Position numbers and translations under genes: made by a program
Part shown: piece by piece, positions 9,001 to 20,000 of the stretch
Layout: every line of letters begins with the position of its first letter
Position numbering within the stretch: the stretch's first letter is position 1
Notes under the pieces: model-generated
What the model saw: the letters and a program-made list of their open reading frames with translations, nothing else
Told to the model about the DNA's origin: nothing
The model's database searches: none
Source of the DNA: a virus
Virus record (IMG/VR): IMGVR_UViG_3300017749_000005
Span: 1 to 64,000 of that record
Strand: one strand, 5' to 3'
DNA length: 64,000 nt

Positions 9001-12000
9001 TCTTATAGCGGCTGCTATTTTAGGATATGCAGATGGTTTTATATTACCGTTTGAATCTAAATTATTATAATCTTTTAATTGAGTTATTAATCTTTCCTTT
9101 ACATTTCTAAAGTCAACTATTTTTAAATTTTCTAAACCTTTAGTAGATTCTTTAATATTTATTTTTTTAATAAAATTATCTGATTCTTTAGCACTTAATA
9201 CTCCTTTCAAAAAAGCATTTCTTAAACCAACTATAACCTTACCATTTTTAAATAATAGTTCTTTAGGTAGCATTAGAATAACTTCATTTACGTTATCTAA
9301 ATATGCCTTTTTTTGTTCAGGTTTACTCAAATCAAGCTCTGATGATACATTTTCTAATAATTCTTTTTTACCTGGATTACGTAATATTGCCTCTTGAATT
9401 ACTACATCATAACCAGATTTTCCTTCTTCAATTTTAGTTATATATTCGTAAGGTTGTTGGTCTATATCACTTAATGCTTTTTTAGCTAACTTTTGTGCTG
9501 CTATAAAAGCTTCCTTTACATTAAAGTTTTTTGAGTCAACAACATTATTTAAGATATCTATTATTTTATCTTTAGATTTATCTGTTGATATTAGATCTTT
9601 TATTTTACCATAAGCTTCTACAATAGCATCTTGCTTACTTTTTAAATAATTTTCATTATCTGGTTTAATTCTAATATTAATATCATTAACTTTACTACTT
9701 AATTCCTCAAAAGCCTCTGTTACTAATTTTTGACTTGCTAAGCTCTCAGGTAAACTACCCTTAAAACCCTCAAGTATATTTTCTAATTTTAAGTTTTCTA
9801 ATTTAGATCTATTAGTGCTATACAGAAACTCTTGATAAGTACTATTGCTTAATACTTCTCTGAACTTTTGATTAGAATATGTTCCACCTATCATTTCACC
9901 CAAAGATATTATTCTTTTAGCGGATTGCTGATTAGTATCTCCTTCTTTAAATATTGCATCTACTAAAATTTTACCAGTAGAATCTAATACCTTTTCTCTA
10001 ATTTTAACACCAGCACCTTTTTGGCTTTTAGTCATACTAGAAGGAGCTGTACTAAACTTTGCTCTACCAACCTCTGCAAACAAGCTTGGAAACGATTTAG
10101 CTGCATTTGTTACTGCTAAGTTCTCTGGGTTAAGACTTTTAGGCACTAACTCATAAATCTTTGATGCATTTTTTTCTATTATCTCTTTTTGTCTCTTTAA
10201 TTCTTTAGCACCTGACTTACCAGTTAAATCTAACGCTTCAAAAATAGCTTTTTTGCCTATATCAGCTGTAGCTTTTTGTATTTCTTTGTGACCAAGAGTC
10301 TCAATAGGTGTTGACTCTATTACTTCCTTTATCCTACTAACCATTTCAACATTAGATTTAGAACTAATTTCAAGTTCTTGTTCTACTGTTTTACCTTTTG
10401 TTGTTTTACCTTCTACGTTAGCGTATGTATCTACTTCTTTAAATTCGTAAGTATCTAAATCTATTTTAGACTCAGTAATTCTAGCTGATATATCTTCACC
10501 TGTTACTTTAGTAAGCTCTAACGCTTTATTGAAGTATTCAGGTGCTCTAATTTCTAATGTTTTTAAAACTGTTTTAGTAAGAGGCTGTTTAGTTGGATCA
10601 TAGTTTTTAACTATAGAACTAATACCTCTTGCTCCATACATCATCTCTATAGCCACTGAATAAGCTTTGCTATTAGGATCTGATATACTACCAAAATTAC
10701 CCATACCATTACGGTTAGCATAAGATGTAATTAAGCTTTGAGTTATTGCAGCAAAATCTCCAAAATCACTTTTTTCATTTGGTTGTTGAAACTCTTTAGT
10801 TATTTCTTCTTTTGATTTACCTTCTGCAACTAGTTTTTCGTATTTATTTTGTATTTCTTTAGAAGCCTCAATATTTTCAGGTGTTGATTGTTCTTTATCT
10901 AATTTTTCAGATTGTAATCTTTGTTGCTTAGGTCCAAACTCAACAGCTTCAACATGCTCAGCAAAACTTGATTTTATATTCAATAAAGGATTATATCCTT
11001 TTAAAGTGTTATTTGTAAAATTATATAAAAAATCAATTACATCTTTCTGCCTACTTAATTCAGGAACAAACTCTTTACCAATAGATTGTTCCATATTCTT
11101 TTGTATGACTTTTTTAACATTAGTATATCCCTCACTGTTAACAATGAAGTCTCGCATACCTGGCTCTGCTAAAAACTCTCCAGCATAAGCCATCATTTCT
11201 TCTAGCTTTACTTCTTTTTTAATGGATTTTCTATCTTTTATTTCTTGTAATACAGTTTTACCACTAGGTAGTTTTATTTGACTTAAAGCACCTTCTAGTT
11301 GAGATTGAAATTGTTTCTTGGCTTTTATATTTTTACCAAAAACCATGTCAGCTGCTGCATGTATTACTTCGTGAGGTACAACACCTGCTCTTTCCGCATA
11401 TACCGTATTTATAGTTATAGTCCCTCCTTTACCCGTACCATCAGACTTAAACTCAGCTTGGTTTTTACTTTCTGTTTTTTTATTTATAACTTCAACATTC
11501 AAGTTATAACCTTGCATTTTAAAAAAATTTGCTTGAGGCTTTAATAATTCTTCATATGCTCTCTTAGAAGTTAATGGATTAGAAAATCTTTCAGCCTTAG
11601 CTATTATATCAATTCTAGATTGTGCTTGTGTATATATATCAGCGTATCTCTTTTCAGCTTTTACATTTCCATTTTTTTGAGCTTTAGCCATTAAAATTAT
11701 AGAAGAATTTCTAATTTCAACAAGTCCCTCATTAGTTTTAAAGTCTAAAGATTTAGCATCTTTAAATGGTAACATAGCACCAAATGTCATACTAATAAAA
11801 CCTCTTTGTAAGAGATCTCTCATATCTTTTTTTCCTTCAAAATAATCGTTGAACTGTTCATCCATGAAATCAGTAAATGATTCATCATAAAGAAGTTCAT
11901 CCACAGCTGCTCTACCTATTTTAGAGGCTTCAGATGCAGTTACAAATCCAATAGAACCGCTAGATATTTTTGTAAAAAAATTAACTATATTGCTAGCTGT

Positions 12001-13758
12001 TTTAGGTGTAAGCTTACCTAAGATTTGTTGGGTTGCACCAAATGTAGATCCTTCAGAAGCCAAACCACCTATAAGCTGAAATTCAACATCTGTTATAGCT
12101 AGATTCAATAACGTATTGCCAAATGCCGCTATAGGATTAGCTCTTACTGCCGTATAACCAGCTGCTGCGGCAAATTCTTTTATAGCTTCCTTTGTTGGTC
12201 TTACTCCTTTTTTTAATTTAGAAGCAACATTAACTATTTTACCAGCCTTGTTAGTATACCTAATAGCAGAAGCAGCTTTATTTAATCTTACTAAAGCTGG
12301 AATTAATGTCATGCCTAAATTTTTGCCCGAACCTAAAAATGCTAACTCTCCTATTGCCATTACCATACCAGGTGTCTCAGTTGCTAATTGTTCTGAAAAA
12401 TCAACTCTAGAATATTCTTTATCCTCTGGAGATAATTCTTTACCAGCTGAAAGTAATAAATTTTCAACAGCATTTATTTCTTTTCTAGGTGTGCTTTCTA
12501 AGCCTCCATAAGGTATTAAATCTATACCAAAGAAAGATAATTTACTAGCACTATCAACCATCTCAGTTAAATCTGACTTTTCAATGTTTCTAAGCGATTT
12601 ATTCTCTATGAATGCATGATTCAAAGCTTTTCTTTCTATTTCTATTTGTTTATTTATATCTTTAAATTTAACTAAAGCTTTCTCAAAATCTTCTGCTGAA
12701 CCATCAAACGTAACAGGTTTTAGTGAATCATCTGATTCATTTAAATATGTACTGTATTTTAATACATCTTTATATTTAACATCTTTATATATGAAATTAC
12801 CATCTTCTTGTTTAGTTCCAGTATAACCCATACCCTGCATAAACATATTTAACTGAGTTCCACCTTCAGATATATAATCACTAGTTTGACGACCCTTTAA
12901 TTTAAAAGCTACTCTATCTTCGACGTTGCTATTATAAAGACTTTCTAAGGTTGACTCATCTTGTTTTACTCTAAGTTCAATAAGTTTTTCAACCTCACTT
13001 GTAACTTTTTGTTCTTCTCCAAAATTACTTATTATTACTTCTTTAAAGTCATCTAAAACTATAATCTCTTGTTCTAGATCGGGTAAACCAACAGCCCCAA
13101 CGCCACCGGATGCCATTGATGTTACTTTATTTAAATCTTTCTTAATTTTATTTTCTTCTGATTTTTTTTTATTTAAAGTGTTAATACTTTGTTCATACTC
13201 TTTTCTATCAGCTTCGGTTTTTGGGCTATTTCTATATTTCGATGCTAAAATGGCTTCAGGACTAGCAGTTTCATCATCTTCAATAGTTTGATCTACTACA
13301 TCATAGTATGATTCGTTATCTTTTATAGCCTCAAAAAGGTTTTCGTCTCTTATTAATTTATACTCATCCTCACTTTTCTTAGCTATCCTACTAGATATCA
13401 TTTCAGTTACATCAGATTTTTTGAGAGATTTAAAATCATTCTCTACATCTCTCATATACCAAGGATTGATACCTATGGATCTTCTGATTTTATCTGAAAC
13501 TTCTTCTAGTTTATCTTCATCTTTAAATATATCAGCAAAACTATCCGTATCAGCATAAGACCTCATTAAATTTTCATCACTAAAAACTTCATCATCTAAA
13601 AAACTGTTGAACTTAACAATATCCTGCTTATATTCAGTTGAAGATTTTCTAATATCTTCATCAGACATAGCAGGTTTGTTGCTAGATTTATCCTCATCAA
13701 AAGAAGTACCAATTATATTATCTATAATACCTAAGGGATTAAACTTACTTTCTGGCAT
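6025..13758 (-). CDS. Giant 2577-aa virion-associated protein with zincin HExxH motif (candidate ejected / polyvalent internal protein)
   Basis: One uninterrupted 7.7-kb ORF. HEVIH lies at aa 796-800 (nt 11359-11373). The protein is K/E-rich and helical, with no fibre-like repeats. It is the last and largest of three consecutive internal-protein-like genes, a T7 gp14/15/16-like position. Confidence 0.6.
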   Translation of the reverse strand: MPESKFNPLGIIDNIIGTSFDEDKSSNKPAMSDEDIRKSSTEYKQDIVKFNSFLDDEVFSDENLMRSYADTDSFADIFKDEDKLEEVSDKIRRSIGINPWYMRDVENDFKSLKKSDVTEMISSRIAKKSEDEYKLIRDENLFEAIKDNESYYDVVDQTIEDDETASPEAILASKYRNSPKTEADRKEYEQSINTLNKKKSEENKIKKDLNKVTSMASGGVGAVGLPDLEQEIIVLDDFKEVIISNFGEEQKVTSEVEKLIELRVKQDESTLESLYNSNVEDRVAFKLKGRQTSDYISEGGTQLNMFMQGMGYTGTKQEDGNFIYKDVKYKDVLKYSTYLNESDDSLKPVTFDGSAEDFEKALVKFKDINKQIEIERKALNHAFIENKSLRNIEKSDLTEMVDSASKLSFFGIDLIPYGGLESTPRKEINAVENLLLSAGKELSPEDKEYSRVDFSEQLATETPGMVMAIGELAFLGSGKNLGMTLIPALVRLNKAASAIRYTNKAGKIVNVASKLKKGVRPTKEAIKEFAAAAGYTAVRANPIAAFGNTLLNLAITDVEFQLIGGLASEGSTFGATQQILGKLTPKTASNIVNFFTKISSGSIGFVTASEASKIGRAAVDELLYDESFTDFMDEQFNDYFEGKKDMRDLLQRGFISMTFGAMLPFKDAKSLDFKTNEGLVEIRNSSIILMAKAQKNGNVKAEKRYADIYTQAQSRIDIIAKAERFSNPLTSKRAYEELLKPQANFFKMQGYNLNVEVINKKTESKNQAEFKSDGTGKGGTITINTVYAERAGVVPHEVIHAAADMVFGKNIKAKKQFQSQLEGALSQIKLPSGKTVLQEIKDRKSIKKEVKLEEMMAYAGEFLAEPGMRDFIVNSEGYTNVKKVIQKNMEQSIGKEFVPELSRQKDVIDFLYNFTNNTLKGYNPLLNIKSSFAEHVEAVEFGPKQQRLQSEKLDKEQSTPENIEASKEIQNKYEKLVAEGKSKEEITKEFQQPNEKSDFGDFAAITQSLITSYANRNGMGNFGSISDPNSKAYSVAIEMMYGARGISSIVKNYDPTKQPLTKTVLKTLEIRAPEYFNKALELTKVTGEDISARITESKIDLDTYEFKEVDTYANVEGKTTKGKTVEQELEISSKSNVEMVSRIKEVIESTPIETLGHKEIQKATADIGKKAIFEALDLTGKSGAKELKRQKEIIEKNASKIYELVPKSLNPENLAVTNAAKSFPSLFAEVGRAKFSTAPSSMTKSQKGAGVKIREKVLDSTGKILVDAIFKEGDTNQQSAKRIISLGEMIGGTYSNQKFREVLSNSTYQEFLYSTNRSKLENLKLENILEGFKGSLPESLASQKLVTEAFEELSSKVNDINIRIKPDNENYLKSKQDAIVEAYGKIKDLISTDKSKDKIIDILNNVVDSKNFNVKEAFIAAQKLAKKALSDIDQQPYEYITKIEEGKSGYDVVIQEAILRNPGKKELLENVSSELDLSKPEQKKAYLDNVNEVILMLPKELLFKNGKVIVGLRNAFLKGVLSAKESDNFIKKINIKESTKGLENLKIVDFRNVKERLITQLKDYNNLDSNGNIKPSAYPKIAAAIRESISGRANNANFEKTIESNKKALKLIYNALFKHVNSKETIEGKVKSLTFIAQFFKRNSSIQTGVIRALGEMTSVSIESFDIKSLGVEYNQWLNKQIETAKNPDSLKGKKFVDLPTAKQRAFLKSRVYTEHELQTLNFNANFFDIMLKSLGEKELRSDDFNKLADSYKISIIRSALQKIIDSPEFGGNLGTALKNTAQMSAENVMITQAYAETTLDLKTGKTYDIILKEKIGIFESLKELGLIQDKLAKRAKEVTRVSKNLNVPIVNGKTNQILLLREAEKIDRQRRVEKVTLASENLSKELNTAIENKFGVPKEKVFSKIEASKLGADANKLKLMAWSAQDFRGLLQPLKGKGIVGDAAENWIQKNLVRPFAIANRNIDADRVAMTNDFAALKKELKGLIPDLTSKAKIEGLSKNIFSNQDAVRVYIWNKQGNTTTGLNEGQVRRLSEYVSSNPQLQYFADKLIEMGKGEGYVEPGENWETGTITTDLLKGLNENGRAKHLEEWQANVDIIFSEDNLNKIQAILGSNHREALENSLERMKTGRNKINMFSGKGARLENLAIDWLNNSVGAIMFLNSRSAALQTLSSINYINWSDNNVLAAGKAIANQKQYWKDFTTIFNSDFLVERRGGLKINVSESEIADAAATSKNKIKGALKYILQKGFAPTKYADSFAIATGGATFYRNRLNRYLKQGLNERSAKDRAFEDFREVTEQSQQSSRPDLISQQQASTLGRLVLAFGNTPAQYVRIMDKSLSDLRNGRGDWKEHVSKIIYYSAIQNIMFSAAQNALFVGLFEETDDITSKKKHLGLANAMADGLLKGMGIAGAGASTLKNIMLEIHKQNNKKKTEFADVGLRLLDMSPPVDSKIAKLRSAGLTFDYNMAEIKERGFSLKNPAYLAGGQVMAGAFNIPLDRVFRKYNNIEKAFDTDTKNWKRPFLMMGWSEWELNATEEERKGNKFKPLTKKQKGLRIRLKRDFNLSDKEIEEYINNKKNK

Positions 13759-13766
13759 ATTTTTTT

Positions 13767-15326
13767 TTATTGAAATATTGATGGTGTATTTAAAAAAGAA
13801 CCTTCAAAGTGAGATACAAGTTGATTTGCAAGGCTACTTAAACTATTTGTTAATAAAGGATCAGAAGCATCAGTATATTCAACATTGCCCTCTGAATCTG
13901 TAGGAAATCTTCCATTAACAGAGCTTATTATCCAATATTTACTGGGTTTACCAGGAACCTCTTGTTCAACTATTTTCTTTTTACTAGTTCTAAATTCTTC
14001 TAGGTCAAGACTATTTATAATTTTTTGAACATAAGCTGGATTATTGTTTTTATTTTTTCCAAATGTTACATCAGACTTTAAATCAAAGGATTGATCAAAT
14101 TTACTTATAGCTGAGGTAATAGCAGTATTTACTTTTTCAGTGGCAAAATTAATTCTTTTATCTTTAGCACTAAGTTCAGTACCTGATCCAGGATCGTCTG
14201 GATTATTAGCTTTTGCTTCAGCATCTAAAAACTTTTGAGACTTAGCATTATGAATTTGTGTAGCTTGACTAATATTTAGCTTTAATCCATTCACTTGCTC
14301 TTGAGCAACAATATCCTTAAAATATTCATAAGCTTCTTCTTGATTTTTTTTATAGCTTTCACTAGGGTTATCAACAACCTTAAGATTGTCTTTATGCATT
14401 TTAAGCTCAAGTAATTGATATTCAGAGCCTTCGTTTGTAAATCTATTTTCTAATGATCTATAGTATCCATTATCGTTTCCATTTATACCTAGATCATCAA
14501 ACATAAAAGATAAAGCTTCGTTATTATCTAATGATTTTTTAAATCTTTCTTTTTGCTCACTATAAAAATCTTCACCAAATTTTCCCGGAGGTATTATCAT
14601 GTTTTCATAATCCACACCTACATTTAATCTTATTTTTTCAATTTGCTCTTTAAAATACTTAGCCTCAGCTTTTGCTGGTTTTTGATATGAAAAATCTTGG
14701 TCAATTCCACCATCTTCGTTTATTTTAAGTTTTTTGTTACCTAGAATATTATTTTTAATTGTTTCAAATAGATCTGGATTAGTAACATAATTAGCTTTAC
14801 TATAGTTTTTTAAGCCTTCTTCAGTAAATTCACTCGCATCTACTCTCATTTTATTGATATCTGCAACAACTCTTTGTATTTTATTTAGTGATAGTTGCTT
14901 TCTGTAATTTAATTCATTTTTTTCTTCTTGAGATATAGTGCCACTTTCAAGTTTACCAATAATATCAGAGTATTCATTTCTAACACTAGATACATAATCA
15001 TGTAATACAGCTTTTTGATCAGGATTTAATCCTTCTGGGTCAATTTTAGCATATGATTTATTAAAATCTTTCATGTATTTCTCTATGTTAGCATCATGTA
15101 GTTTTTGTAAATCTTGCTCGGATTTAGCAGCAGCATCTTTAACTGCTTTTTTAGCCGCTTTTTCTTCTTGACCCATTTTATACAATGCATTAAATGGTTT
15201 TTCAAAATCATCCATTGCATCATACATTCGTTGATCACCTTGTACTTTTGACTGAGCTATATCTCTTGCCCCTGTTATCAAAGCTTGATTAGTACCACCA
15301 CCACTTAATTGTCTTCTTCTAGCCAT
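13767..15326 (-). CDS. 519-aa coiled-coil-rich virion internal protein candidate
   Basis: K/E/D/N-rich helical sequence between the A/Q/G-rich membrane-like protein and the 2577-aa giant. The call is positional only. Confidence 0.4.
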   Translation of the reverse strand: MARRRQLSGGGTNQALITGARDIAQSKVQGDQRMYDAMDDFEKPFNALYKMGQEEKAAKKAVKDAAAKSEQDLQKLHDANIEKYMKDFNKSYAKIDPEGLNPDQKAVLHDYVSSVRNEYSDIIGKLESGTISQEEKNELNYRKQLSLNKIQRVVADINKMRVDASEFTEEGLKNYSKANYVTNPDLFETIKNNILGNKKLKINEDGGIDQDFSYQKPAKAEAKYFKEQIEKIRLNVGVDYENMIIPPGKFGEDFYSEQKERFKKSLDNNEALSFMFDDLGINGNDNGYYRSLENRFTNEGSEYQLLELKMHKDNLKVVDNPSESYKKNQEEAYEYFKDIVAQEQVNGLKLNISQATQIHNAKSQKFLDAEAKANNPDDPGSGTELSAKDKRINFATEKVNTAITSAISKFDQSFDLKSDVTFGKNKNNNPAYVQKIINSLDLEEFRTSKKKIVEQEVPGKPSKYWIISSVNGRFPTDSEGNVEYTDASDPLLTNSLSSLANQLVSHFEGSFLNTPSIFQ

Positions 15327-15343
15327 TTTATTTTTTTTAATAT

Positions 15344-16168
15344 TTATTTGTCTTTCAAAAAATCTAGATTTACATAATATGGGTTGTTTTTAGGATCTGA
15401 TCTAAATGGATCAATAAGCCCTGCCTGTAAATTACCATTATAATTTTGGAAGCCTACACCAACGCTTGGTGCTGTAATAGGCGCTGATGTTAAACCTGAC
15501 ATATCTGGCATAGCTTGGTTAATAGCACCATTAAACTTAGTAAAATCTTCAGCAAAATCTCCTCCTGCTTTTTTAGCTGCAGCAACTCCACCAATAACAC
15601 CTACACCGGATTGAATTCCACTCATTAATTCAGCTTCAGCATTTGCTTTTTGTGCATTAGCACCAGCTAATTGTTGCTGTGCCATACCTAACATTGTACT
15701 TGTTTTTCCATACTCTAAAGATCTAGCTTGCCCCGCTCCTTGAGCCTTCATAGCTTGTACCTTAGAAGCCATCTGAGCCGACGCCATTGAATTCTGTCTC
15801 TCTTGTTGACCTATAGATATAGATGCTTTCTGAGATGCTACATTAGCTCTACCTTGCGATGCTTGAGCTAAAGCTGCTATACCAGAACTACCAGCAGAAG
15901 CTTTAAGCGTTGATAAAGTATCAGCTTGATTAGCTCTTATTGCATTTTGTTGAAACTTAGCTTGCTCTTGATTAATAGTTAAATCCTCCATAGAATTTTC
16001 CATACCCTCATACAAATTAGAGGTGTCTAGAGATTCATAAGCCCTCATCATTTTTTGCTCTTTTTCTTCAGCTTCTTGTCGAGCATCTTTAGCTTTCTTA
16101 TTTTTTATTCCCGCTATCGTTATTTGTGTGGCAGCACCAACACCTGCTGCAATTGCTACAAAGGACAT
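15344..16168 (-). CDS. 274-aa Ala/Gln/Gly-rich protein with hydrophobic termini (internal virion / membrane-inserting candidate)
   Basis: The N-terminus FVAIAAGVGAATQITIAGI and the later GIQSGVGVIGGVAAA are hydrophobic Gly/Ala segments. The middle is low-complexity AQ-rich. Confidence 0.4.
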   Translation of the reverse strand: MSFVAIAAGVGAATQITIAGIKNKKAKDARQEAEEKEQKMMRAYESLDTSNLYEGMENSMEDLTINQEQAKFQQNAIRANQADTLSTLKASAGSSGIAALAQASQGRANVASQKASISIGQQERQNSMASAQMASKVQAMKAQGAGQARSLEYGKTSTMLGMAQQQLAGANAQKANAEAELMSGIQSGVGVIGGVAAAKKAGGDFAEDFTKFNGAINQAMPDMSGLTSAPITAPSVGVGFQNYNGNLQAGLIDPFRSDPKNNPYYVNLDFLKDK

Positions 16169-16172
16169 ATGT

Positions 16173-16661
16173 CTATATTTTATTTGTTAATAATTCAAAT
16201 TCTTTTGCTGTTATTAAAGGATCACTAAAGTCCTTAGCTATAACATCTTCTTCTACTTCATCAACCGTTAGCTTGTCAGTTGCGTGTACTGTAGTAAATA
16301 TACAATCAGTATGTGTGTATATTACTCTTTTTGTTCCAACCTTAGTTATACCTTGATAAGGTGCTCTTAGGTTAACTACACCATCTTCTGTTAAGATAGA
16401 AAGTTCTCCTCTCATTAAAAAGAAAGGATGATCTTTTTTGTGTATTTTTGTTACTATAATTTGACCGGCTGGAGTGAATATCTCTCTAATATAACAACCA
16501 TCCGTGAATGTGTGTTTCAAAGGATTAGTTTTCTTTTGTTCTTCATCACTCATCCATAAATTTTCATTGTAACCTTTTTTTTCTAACTCTGCTACTTTAT
16601 CTCTAAAGGTAGTAAGTTTTGATATAGTATCTTCTGGATCAACTAATTTACTTGATTTCAT
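16173..16661 (-). CDS. Hypothetical protein, possible small beta-barrel (cupin-like)
   Basis: 162 aa. IHKKDHPFFLMRGELSILTEDG...GTKRVIYTHTDCIFTTVH resembles a cupin strand pattern. This is weak. Confidence 0.3.
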   Translation of the reverse strand: MKSSKLVDPEDTISKLTTFRDKVAELEKKGYNENLWMSDEEQKKTNPLKHTFTDGCYIREIFTPAGQIIVTKIHKKDHPFFLMRGELSILTEDGVVNLRAPYQGITKVGTKRVIYTHTDCIFTTVHATDKLTVDEVEEDVIAKDFSDPLITAKEFELLTNKI

Positions 16662-16689
16662 ATATTATTATAGTTACATTGTTTAGCAA

Positions 16690-17040
16690 CTATTTACTAT
16701 TAATAGATATTTCTGATCCAACAGCAAACAGCTCTATTTCTTCATGCGAATCATTACTCATAACAACTTCAGCAAAATATCCTTTAAGCGAAGATAAGTT
16801 AGCTTTATTATCTTTTGTAAATAATATAAAATCAGTTGCATTAGGTCTTTGTGCTATTTCTGATATATTACAAGTAACTGTATCTCTATTTCTATCAACA
16901 GACGTTATAGAAGTACATTCACCTATAAGTATGGGATCTCCAGATATGTCTTCAGTTATAACTGATCTGTAAATGGTATCTCCGACTTGTATAGATGAAT
17001 TGATTGATTTGTTAAATTTTAAACTTATTGAGTCTGGCAT
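16690..17040 (-). CDS. Hypothetical virion-module protein (116 aa)
   Basis: A compact ORF 5 nt downstream of the 2638-aa gene, in the same orientation. No recognisable motif. Confidence 0.5.
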   Translation of the reverse strand: MPDSISLKFNKSINSSIQVGDTIYRSVITEDISGDPILIGECTSITSVDRNRDTVTCNISEIAQRPNATDFILFTKDNKANLSSLKGYFAEVVMSNDSHEEIELFAVGSEISINSK

Positions 17041-17044
17041 ATTT

Positions 17045-20000
17045 TTAAGGTTCTACTTGTAGAGTTATTTGAGGATTTAATCTTAAAACAGTGGTTGATG
17101 ATACTGTTGAACTAAGATTGAATACAGCATTAAAAGTTAATGTTCTTGATTGGTTTCCAGCATTACCAGAAAATGATGATGTAAATATAAAGTTATTTAT
17201 AGTTGTAGTAAAACCCAATGTTGATGGTCCTAATGCTAATCCTATCATATTAATAGTATTACCATGAAAAGTACCAGTAACAGAACCACTACCTGAGATT
17301 TGACCTGATGAACCTACCGCAACTTTTTTAGGCGTAAAAGTAAAAAAATCAATATAAAAGCTAGATGAAAATGTTTTTTGTATAAATATATCTGTTACAG
17401 TAGCATTATTATTATTTTGAGTACTACCTATTGTTGCTGTTAATATACTATTTAAGTTAATTGGTATTTGTAAATCATTAATTCCATATTTAGATACAGA
17501 TATTCTACCTTGTAATATATATTTATTTCCAGCACTTGTAGATGAAAGAGATTCAGTTAAATCTTCAAAGTTAAAATCCCAAAATGGATCATTTGCTGAT
17601 AAACTAGCATTTATAATGATACTAGAACCTACTATACTGCTTTGAAAATCATTAGGATTTGAACCATTCAAACCAACTGCATTTACCACAAAAGAATTAC
17701 TACTTATAGAACTTATAACATAAGTATCATCAAAAGAGCTCGAAGAAACTAGCATACCTATTGCAACATTAGAATCTAAAGTAGCTGTTAAAGTAAATGT
17801 TCTTGAAGAAGTGTTATAAGAACTTACTGATGCTTCAAATTCTTCAGGCTTTAAATCACTATTTGTTATTGGCAATGCATTGGTAGTTTTTGCTAATAAA
17901 GCTGTTCCTTCAGCTTTTGCTATAACTCTGAAAAATACTTCAGAAGCAAATGAACCTGGTACTGGTTCTCCATATGCATGATATTGTCCATTGTCTCCAA
18001 AAGTCAGTTCAGCTGCATCAGCTATAGCTACATTTGCAAAACTAGAGTTTTTAGGAACTTTATCTATATTTATTGTTGTTTTAGATCCATCACTACTAGT
18101 AGATACTACTCTAGTATATGCTTGTATATTGTTACCAAAAACAAGCATACCTGGTTTTATCTCTGAGTTAACAGCACTAAGTACTATACTATCAAGTCCA
18201 GAAGCATGACCATTAGAGTCAACAACAGTTGCATCATTTAAGTTTCTAAGCTTAACATAGTTATTAGAATCTGTTCCAGTAGCTGTAGTAGAATTAGTGT
18301 TAGTAGCCACAATACTTATTGTAGGTAATTTGTATTGATGTACAAGAAAAGATGCATGTACAACATTATTATTACTATCTCTTGTGTTTATTGCGCTTCC
18401 AGAAAAATCACTACTAAGTAATCCACTTACAATATTATTGTTAATAACATTGATTGGTCTTATAAAATAATTAAAACTATTAGTTGTAGAACTTTGGTCA
18501 TATTTTATAGTTATAGGATATCTACCTGAATCAGGAAGAAGTAAAATTGTTTCTGCCGCTATTGATTTAGTAGAGACAAACTCTGTACCATTCCAGTATT
18601 GTTTAAGGTAAATGTTTTGACCTATGCTTGGACTAATATTTCCGCTTGAGCCTAGTATTATAAATGCTGTTATTATGCCTGTAATACTATTTACACTGGT
18701 ATAGTTAATATAACTTCCAGGTGGAAACATTGCACCAGTTATTTCCATTTTAGGTCTTGGTGTTGCTGTTAAATTACCAAAAGTAGCATGAACAATACTT
18801 GTAGTTGTTTGAGAAAACGTGGCTAATGTACAAGTTACTTCATTACTAAAAGTAAAATAAGGATTAACTTTAGAAACATAGCCAGTAGATCCACTAACAA
18901 TCATTGTTCTATCTTCTCCTTTATTTAATATTGTTTTATTTGTTCCATCGAAAGAAGTAAGTTCTGAAACACCAGGATCAAAAACCTCAGCAGCAGTAGC
19001 TGTTAGCGTTATAACATCTTGTGTTGGATTATTAGTTCCAAAAACATATTTTACCTGTACTGTAACTTTAGCAGAAGTAAAAGTTAAAGTTGTTCCAGCT
19101 TCTATTGATTTAGCGGCACTTAAGGTTAAGCTTGAGTTATTTATAGCAGCAACTCTAATATTTTTACCTAAATTAACACCTGTAACAGCCATACCTACTT
19201 CTATGAGGTTGTTTGTTCCACTCAAAGTTACATTTACACTGTTAGAAGAACCTAGAGCAGTATCTTGAGTTGTGGTTGCCCAATTGTTAGTTATAGTATA
19301 ACCACTTATGTCATTATCATCTTGTTGTTCTATAATACCGCTAATACTACTAGCTGATGGGAAAAAATAATTATCCGAAGCTATAAATATTTTTGCAAAA
19401 ACTAACATTGGAGCGGTATTGTATATACCGTGATTGTTTTGAAATCTTCCTAAATCCCTAGAATCTGTTGTAGTATTTGTTTCATGTGTGTTATAAAAAC
19501 CAGAAACAGAATAGTATATAGGCGTTGCAACTCCTGTTAAATCATTAACATATGATTGATCAGAGCTAGGGTGATTTATGGAAAAGCTAAAAGTTGCAAT
19601 AACATTTTTTCCATCTTGCAAAAAAGTAACAGCGTTAGATCCTCTTAACACACTAGCACCCATTTGATAAGCAAATATTTTGTAACCTAAAACAGGTTCA
19701 ATTGTTAATTGAACATTAGCAATAGCGCTACCAGGTTCTCCATATATTACTTTAGTATCACTAACAATTGTATTATGGTTAGAAGATGCATTAGTCATTG
19801 ATACTGTAATTTTCTTTTGAGTTATAACAGTATCACCAGTCATTAGAGTAAAAGTACCTAATCCTTGCACAGACAATTCCTTAGTATCTATATTTGAAGA
19901 TGAGGTAACATCTCCCGTAATAAAATTACTCCATAAACCTTCTTTTTCTTTAAATGATAAAACATTACCAGATTGTATATTTGTTTTAACAGAGGATCCA

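Noticed and set aside
6025-13758. Whether the 2577-aa protein is a virion RNA polymerase (N4-like or crAss-like) or a tape measure protein
   Set aside because: I could not find DxDGD two-barrel motifs or T7-like polymerase motifs by eye, so an RNAP call is unsupported. A tape measure protein is unlikely: no tail tube, sheath or chaperone-frameshift genes are present, and the gene order resembles podovirus internal core proteins.
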